Assembly (NCBI GenBank): GCA_963704885.1
Contig: CAVPIB010000007.1
Coordinates: 64,001 to 128,000 of the forward strand
Direction: 5' to 3'
DNA length: 64,000 nucleotides
DNA from: an uncultured Actinomycetes bacterium
Lineage (GTDB): Bacteria; Actinomycetota; UBA4738; HRBIN12
Below are positions 59,138 to 64,000 of this stretch, piece after piece (position 1 is the first letter of the stretch; each line of letters starts with the position of its first letter). The translations under genes and the position numbers were made by a program. The notes under the pieces are model-generated. The model was not told where the DNA came from. It did not search any database and was given only the letters and a program-made list of their open reading frames with translations.

Positions 59138-60529
59138 ATGACGCTCGAGGAGCTAGCCGGCGCGGTCCGGGAGGGCACGGTCTCGTCCGTGGAGTTGGTG
59201 ACCATGTCGCTCGAACGCATCGAGCGGCTGGATCCCTCGCTGAACGCTGTGATCTTGGTCTGCGCGGACGCGGCGCTCGCACAGGCGCGCGAGGTCGACG
59301 CCCGGGTCGCCCGAGGCGAAGACCCAGGTCCGCTCGCCGGCCTGCCGCTCCTGGTGAAGGACATGGAGGACGTGACCGGGCTTCCGTCGACCTTTGGCTC
59401 CGCGGTGTTCGCCGACGCGCCGCCGGCAACGAGAGACGCGCTCGTTCCACGCCGGCTCCGCGAGGCCGGCGCGATCGTCGTTGGCAAGACGAACCAGCCG
59501 GAGTTCGCCTTCGCCGGTTACACGACGAACATGCCCTACGGCACCACGGTGAACCCCTGGGGTACGGACTGGTCGCCGGGAGGGTCGAGCGGCGGATCCG
59601 GTGCGGCGCTCGCATCCGGCATGGCGGCGATCGCCACCGCTACCGACGGCGGCGGTTCGATCAGGATCCCGGCCGCGTTCTGCGGACTGGCCGGCTTGAA
59701 GCCGACCAACGGCGTGATCGGCCGCGACCCGATCCCCGATTGGATCGACCTGTCGACATGCGGACCGCTGGCCACGTCGATCGCCGATCTGCGTCTGCTG
59801 CTCTCGGTTGAGGCCGGACCCGTGGATGGTGATCCATCGGCCTTGCCGGTGGCTCTGGCGATGCGCGGCGGACTGCCCGTTCGTGCGCTCTCGGCGCCCC
59901 GCTTCGAGGACTTCGGGCCGCTGCCCGAAGACGTCGCCCGCCGCTTCGATGAGGCTCTGGTGAGTATCGAGCGGGATCTGGGCCTTCCGATCGAAACGCT
60001 TGACCCCGGCGAGATCTTCTCGGTCGACGAGGTCGGCAGGGATTGGTTCATCACGTGCGCGTTCGAGCATCTCCACGTGCTGGGGCGTGGGTTCGTCGAG
60101 GCCAACTTGGAACGGTTCTCGCCGGACTTCCGGGCGGTCATGACCGCGGCGCTCAAGATCTCGGCCGATGAGTACATGGCCGTGCGCCGCCGCCGGTTCG
60201 ACATGGTGCGCGACCTCGACCTGCTGCTCGGCGATGACGCCGTCTTCCTGATGCCCACCATGTGCGTGGCGGGACTGTTCCCGGACGGCCGCGCACCGGA
60301 CGGTGACCGCCCGTCAGACAGCTCGATCTACAACACCGATCCGCAGAACCAGACGGGTCACCCCGCGCTCTCCGTCCCTGCGGGCGTCTGTGACAACGGG
60401 ATCCCGTTCGGCCTGCAGATCACGGGGCCGCGGTTCCGCGACGACATGGTGTTGAACGTCGGCGCCGCCTGGGAGGCCGAGAACCCGTGGCCGCTCGTGG
60501 CGCCCGGCTACCAGCCGTTCGCCATCTAG
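59138..60529 (+). CDS. Amidase signature family protein
   Basis: GLP..VKD, GKTN.PEF, PGGSSGGS, TDGGGSIR.PA..CG..G.KPT. Confidence 0.9.
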   Translation: MTLEELAGAVREGTVSSVELVTMSLERIERLDPSLNAVILVCADAALAQAREVDARVARGEDPGPLAGLPLLVKDMEDVTGLPSTFGSAVFADAPPATRDALVPRRLREAGAIVVGKTNQPEFAFAGYTTNMPYGTTVNPWGTDWSPGGSSGGSGAALASGMAAIATATDGGGSIRIPAAFCGLAGLKPTNGVIGRDPIPDWIDLSTCGPLATSIADLRLLLSVEAGPVDGDPSALPVALAMRGGLPVRALSAPRFEDFGPLPEDVARRFDEALVSIERDLGLPIETLDPGEIFSVDEVGRDWFITCAFEHLHVLGRGFVEANLERFSPDFRAVMTAALKISADEYMAVRRRRFDMVRDLDLLLGDDAVFLMPTMCVAGLFPDGRAPDGDRPSDSSIYNTDPQNQTGHPALSVPAGVCDNGIPFGLQITGPRFRDDMVLNVGAAWEAENPWPLVAPGYQPFAI

Positions 60530-61324
60530 TCAGGTCGTCAGATCGCGTCGCTCGAACGCGAAGAGCGCCAACCCAAGACCGCCCGCCGCGATCAGCACCA
60601 GGACGAGGACATGGACAGGGTCGAGTCCGTTCTTCAAGGGGTCATTCTCCATGTAGTAGTAGAAGGGCGAGAGCGTGCGCAGCGAGCGGATGGCATCGAC
60701 CGAGGGCGCGAACACGTTGAGCAGGTAGGTGGCGACCGCGACGGACGTCGCCACCCCTATGGCGAGACCACGCTTCCCGCGCCAGCAACCGATCGCCAGC
60801 GCGGCCGCCCCGAAGCCGACCGCCAGCAGGACCGCCGAGAGCACGGCTCCCGCCAACTTCGCCACGCTCACGTGTAAGCCGAAGACAGGTCCGAACGCGA
60901 TGATGGCCGTCCACAGCACCACGCCCACCCCGACGGTCGCCGCCACCATCGCCCAGAACTTCTCGAGCAGTACCCGTCGCCGCGCGATCGGGTTGGCCAG
61001 CAGGAGGTCGAGCGTGCCGGCCTCCTCCTCGCCCGCGATCGCACGCGCGCCTGCGCCGATCGCGAGGATCAGGAGCAGCAGCGGTCCCATGATGCTGAAG
61101 ACCTCGCCCTTGAGGTAGCCCGCCGGGGTTGAGAACTCGCCGGCACTCCCAACGATGTTGCGTAGGGCCTCAGGCAGCGTATCGAGGTACTCGGTCAGCT
61201 GGGAGGCGTTGGCCTTGATGCTCGGATAGAAGGACGCGTACAGCAGCACGAGGGCGGCCATCCCCACCGCCCATCCGATCAACGCCCTGCGTTGATCGCG
61301 GATCGTCTTGGTGAACACGATCAC
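60530..61324 (-). CDS. ABC-2 type exporter permease
   Basis: IAGEEE.GTLDLLLANP..R, LSPFYYY, FERRDL. Confidence 0.8.
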   Translation of the reverse strand: MIVFTKTIRDQRRALIGWAVGMAALVLLYASFYPSIKANASQLTEYLDTLPEALRNIVGSAGEFSTPAGYLKGEVFSIMGPLLLLILAIGAGARAIAGEEEAGTLDLLLANPIARRRVLLEKFWAMVAATVGVGVVLWTAIIAFGPVFGLHVSVAKLAGAVLSAVLLAVGFGAAALAIGCWRGKRGLAIGVATSVAVATYLLNVFAPSVDAIRSLRTLSPFYYYMENDPLKNGLDPVHVLVLVLIAAGGLGLALFAFERRDLTT

Positions 61325-62229
61325 GCGGGGTCGCCTCCGTCTCCGCCGTAGAACGTGAGGAAGATGTCCTCCAGGCTCGGCTCGTGGCTCTGCACATCCA
61401 AGACCTCGAAGCGGGCGGCGGCTTTCACCAAGGCGTCCATGGACCCAGCCACCGAGCAGCGGACCACGTCGCCATGCACCTCCAGGTCACGGACCCCCGA
61501 AAGGCTAGAGAACACCTCGGCAGGCACCGGGTGAGCGAAGTGCAGGTCGACCACGCGAACGGCCCGGGCCTTGAGTGCTCCAACGTCCTCGACGGTGATC
61601 AGGCGACCTTCGCGGATGATGCCGACCCGGTCGCACATGCGCTCGACCTCCGGGAGGACGTGGGAGGAGAGGAACACGGTCTGGTCCGACGCTCGCGCTT
61701 CAAGGACGAGCGCGTGGAACACCTGCTGCATGATCGGATCGAGCCCCTGCGTCGGTTCGTCCAATATCAGCAAGGGCGGCCGGTGCATGAACGCTTGTAT
61801 CAACCCCAGCTTCTGCTTGTTGCCGTGGGAGAGCGACTCGATCTTGAGCGACAGGTCGGCCTGGAGACGCTCGGCCAGCGATCCGATCCGTTCGTTCGCC
61901 ACGCCCCCCCGCAGCTCGGCTAGGAACTCGAGGTAGTCCCGGCCCGTCATCTGCTCGTACAACGAGAACTCTCCCGGGAGATAGCCGACCAGGCGGTGGA
62001 TCTGGACGACGTCCCTCTGGGGATCCAAGCCCATCACGGTCGCTTGGCCGGAAGTGGGTCGGATGAAGTCCAGCAGCGTACGTATCGTCGTCGTCTTCCC
62101 CGCGCCGTTGGGTCCCAGGAATCCGAACACCTCACCGGTCCCGATCGACATGGTCACGTCGATGATCCCTCGGCTGGATCCGTAGGACTTCGTCAGGCCC
62201 GTCGTCGAGATGACGGGGTCGGCTCTCAA
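61321..62229 (-). CDS. ABC exporter ATP-binding protein
   Basis: GFLGPNGAGKTTT, LSHGNKQK, ILDEPT.GLDP, FLSSH; TTG start overlapping the upstream stop. Confidence 0.88.
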   Translation of the reverse strand: MRADPVISTTGLTKSYGSSRGIIDVTMSIGTGEVFGFLGPNGAGKTTTIRTLLDFIRPTSGQATVMGLDPQRDVVQIHRLVGYLPGEFSLYEQMTGRDYLEFLAELRGGVANERIGSLAERLQADLSLKIESLSHGNKQKLGLIQAFMHRPPLLILDEPTQGLDPIMQQVFHALVLEARASDQTVFLSSHVLPEVERMCDRVGIIREGRLITVEDVGALKARAVRVVDLHFAHPVPAEVFSSLSGVRDLEVHGDVVRCSVAGSMDALVKAAARFEVLDVQSHEPSLEDIFLTFYGGDGGDPA

Positions 62230-63083
62230 CGATCCTGCCGCAGGTAGACGAACCAGTACACGAGCCCGACGAGGCAGGCGCCACCAACGATGTTGCCGAG
62301 CGTGGCGGCTGCAAGGTTGTTGGCCAGTCCCGCCAGATCGAGGCTCGACAGTTGATCGTTCGTCAGTCCGGCCGTCTGCGCCAGGCCGGGCTGGTCCTTG
62401 ATGAGCATCCCCATGGGGATGAAGTACATGTTCGCGATGCTGTGTTCGAACCCGGCGGCCACGAAAGCGCTGATGGGGAAGATGATCGCGATGATCTTGT
62501 CGAACACAGTGCGGCCGCCCACGGCGAGCCATACCGCGAGGCAGACCAGCGCGTTCGCCAGGATGCCGCGCACGAAGACGACGCCGAACGGCAGACCGGC
62601 CTTCGTTGCAGCCGTGGTGAGAGCCGTGGCCCCGACACCGCTTTCGGCCTGCTTCCACCACTCGGCCAACCAGACCATGACTGCGATGCTGAGCGCACCT
62701 ACGGCGTTCCCGGCGAAGACGATCGCCCAATTCCTGAGGAGCCGTCCGACGGTGATGTTCCGGCTCACCAGGCTCATGACGATCAGGTTGTTCCCGGTGA
62801 ACAGCTCGGCCCCCGCCACCACGACCAGGATCAGCCCGAGCGAGAATCCGATGCCCGCCAACCACCTGGTGGGCCCGAAGCCCAGGTTCGAGCCCGTCGA
62901 GATCGTGGTCGAAAGCACGGCGCCCAGTCCGATGAACGCGCCGGCCAAGACCCCGAGAACGAAGGTCGCTACGGTAGGCGCGTTGGCCTTGGCGACGCCG
63001 CGCGTTTGGACTAGCTGCGCGATCTCATTGGGCGCGAACGCGTCCATCCCGGTCATGGGGTGCTCGGGTCCGGGCATGCTCAT
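62226..63083 (-). CDS. Formate/nitrite transporter family protein (start uncertain)
   Basis: LAGAFIGLG, FSLGLILVVVAGAELFTGN, GN.VGA, GIL.N.LVCLA, FEHSIANM, LGNIVGG. Confidence 0.9.
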   Translation of the reverse strand: MSMPGPEHPMTGMDAFAPNEIAQLVQTRGVAKANAPTVATFVLGVLAGAFIGLGAVLSTTISTGSNLGFGPTRWLAGIGFSLGLILVVVAGAELFTGNNLIVMSLVSRNITVGRLLRNWAIVFAGNAVGALSIAVMVWLAEWWKQAESGVGATALTTAATKAGLPFGVVFVRGILANALVCLAVWLAVGGRTVFDKIIAIIFPISAFVAAGFEHSIANMYFIPMGMLIKDQPGLAQTAGLTNDQLSSLDLAGLANNLAAATLGNIVGGACLVGLVYWFVYLRQDR

Positions 63084-63146
63084 GCTGTGATGTAACCGCA
63101 TCATGAGGGTGAGCGCCAGGTGACGAACGGCCCCGCGACGGTGGGA

Positions 63147-64000
63147 CTACGGGCCGAGGTTGTATCCCATGCGCCGGGGCAGGTGCGCCACGAAGTCGAC
63201 GATCGGGCTCGGCTCCTCGTCACGATCCTCCAGCTCGTCCTTGCGCCAGATCGCCTTGTTGGCCACATAGGCTCCGGGCGACCGCACCGGCTCTGGCGGG
63301 AACTTCATCGGCTTTTCGGTGACGACGGGCAGCGACAACAGCTCACTCGACCGTCCGAGGGTGAGCGCGGCCAAGATCTGCCCGCCCAGATGTGATGGAC
63401 CCACCCCGTTGCCGGTGTAGCCGTGGCCGTAGTGAACGGTGCCGCCGTCGAGAGAACCGAAGAACGGGATGTGGTGCCCGGCCACGTCGATCGGACCGCC
63501 CCACGCCGCCTCGATCGGCACGTCCTTGAAGGACGGGAACATCCGGTGCAGATCCTCGGCCGCCACGCCAACCGCACGCTCGTCCCACGCGAACCGCGGC
63601 CCGATCGTGCGTGCCAGCCCGGGCTGCATCCCGCCGACCCCGAACGCGATCCGCCCATCCGGTGTGGTCCGCACGTAGTGCAGCGCGGCCCGGTGATCCC
63701 ACAGGCCCATGCCGTTGGTCCAGCCGAGCTCCTCGAGCTTCTCCGGCACGGGCGCGGTGAGCGCGATGTAGCTACCGCGAACCGTGAGCACCCGGCGGAA
63801 GCGCTTCCAGCGCGCGGCCCAGGCGTTGAGAGCCACGACGGCAGACCCGGCTCTCACCGTCCCCTTCGGTGTCTCCGCGATCGAAGGGGAGCCGGCGCCG
63901 AACCGCGACACCGTCGTTTGCTCGTAGATCCTCACCCCCCTTTCCAGCAGAACGCGGCGAACCCCCCGGGCCAGCCTGGCCGGCTGCACCGTGGCGCCCG
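63147..64000 (-). CDS. FAD-dependent oxidoreductase (DAO/PuuB-like), 5' end outside window
   Basis: QPARLARG, GV.IYE.T, Y.RTT.DGRI.FG, AWGGPID, GYTGNGVGPS. Confidence 0.8.
   Translation of the reverse strand, partial: GATVQPARLARGVRRVLLERGVRIYEQTTVSRFGAGSPSIAETPKGTVRAGSAVVALNAWAARWKRFRRVLTVRGSYIALTAPVPEKLEELGWTNGMGLWDHRAALHYVRTTPDGRIAFGVGGMQPGLARTIGPRFAWDERAVGVAAEDLHRMFPSFKDVPIEAAWGGPIDVAGHHIPFFGSLDGGTVHYGHGYTGNGVGPSHLGGQILAALTLGRSSELLSLPVVTEKPMKFPPEPVRSPGAYVANKAIWRKDELEDRDEEPSPIVDFVAHLPRRMGYNLGP

Overview
High-GC DNA that reads as Actinomycetota (LexA box TCGAAC-N4-GTTCGA, DUF222 remnant, apparently leaderless promoters). About 20 single-base frameshifts in otherwise intact genes point to long-read indel error. 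Most of the window is an amine, quaternary-amine and C1 catabolism region. It holds a polyamine-type ABC importer, an amine oxidase, CoA ligases, dehydrogenases and a hydratase, choline dehydrogenase, a betaine ABC importer, a cobalamin-dependent methyltransferase cluster (corrinoid protein, DUF1638, pterin-binding methyltransferase, RamA-like activator, non-Pyl MttB, MetF), a sarcosine-oxidase-like complex, a Rieske oxygenase and MmsA. Two recurring palindromic motifs suggest an IclR regulon and a TetR regulon. The best candidate for an undescribed system lies at 24.5-27.9 kb. An HD-GYP/LuxR regulator with a lux-box-positioned palindrome precedes an NTF2-TusA fusion, a DsrE protein and an ArsM-fold methyltransferase. 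That methyltransferase has an in-frame TGA at a conserved Cys position, followed by a SECIS-like hairpin and 55 more coding codons (probable selenoprotein), and it lacks other canonical arsenic-binding cysteines. An accessory patch follows (gene remnants, SOS box, DUF1778-GNAT toxin-antitoxin), plus a GT4/GH130 cassette. No rRNA, tRNA, CRISPR array or intact transposase was seen. All family assignments come from motif recognition by eye; no database searches were run.
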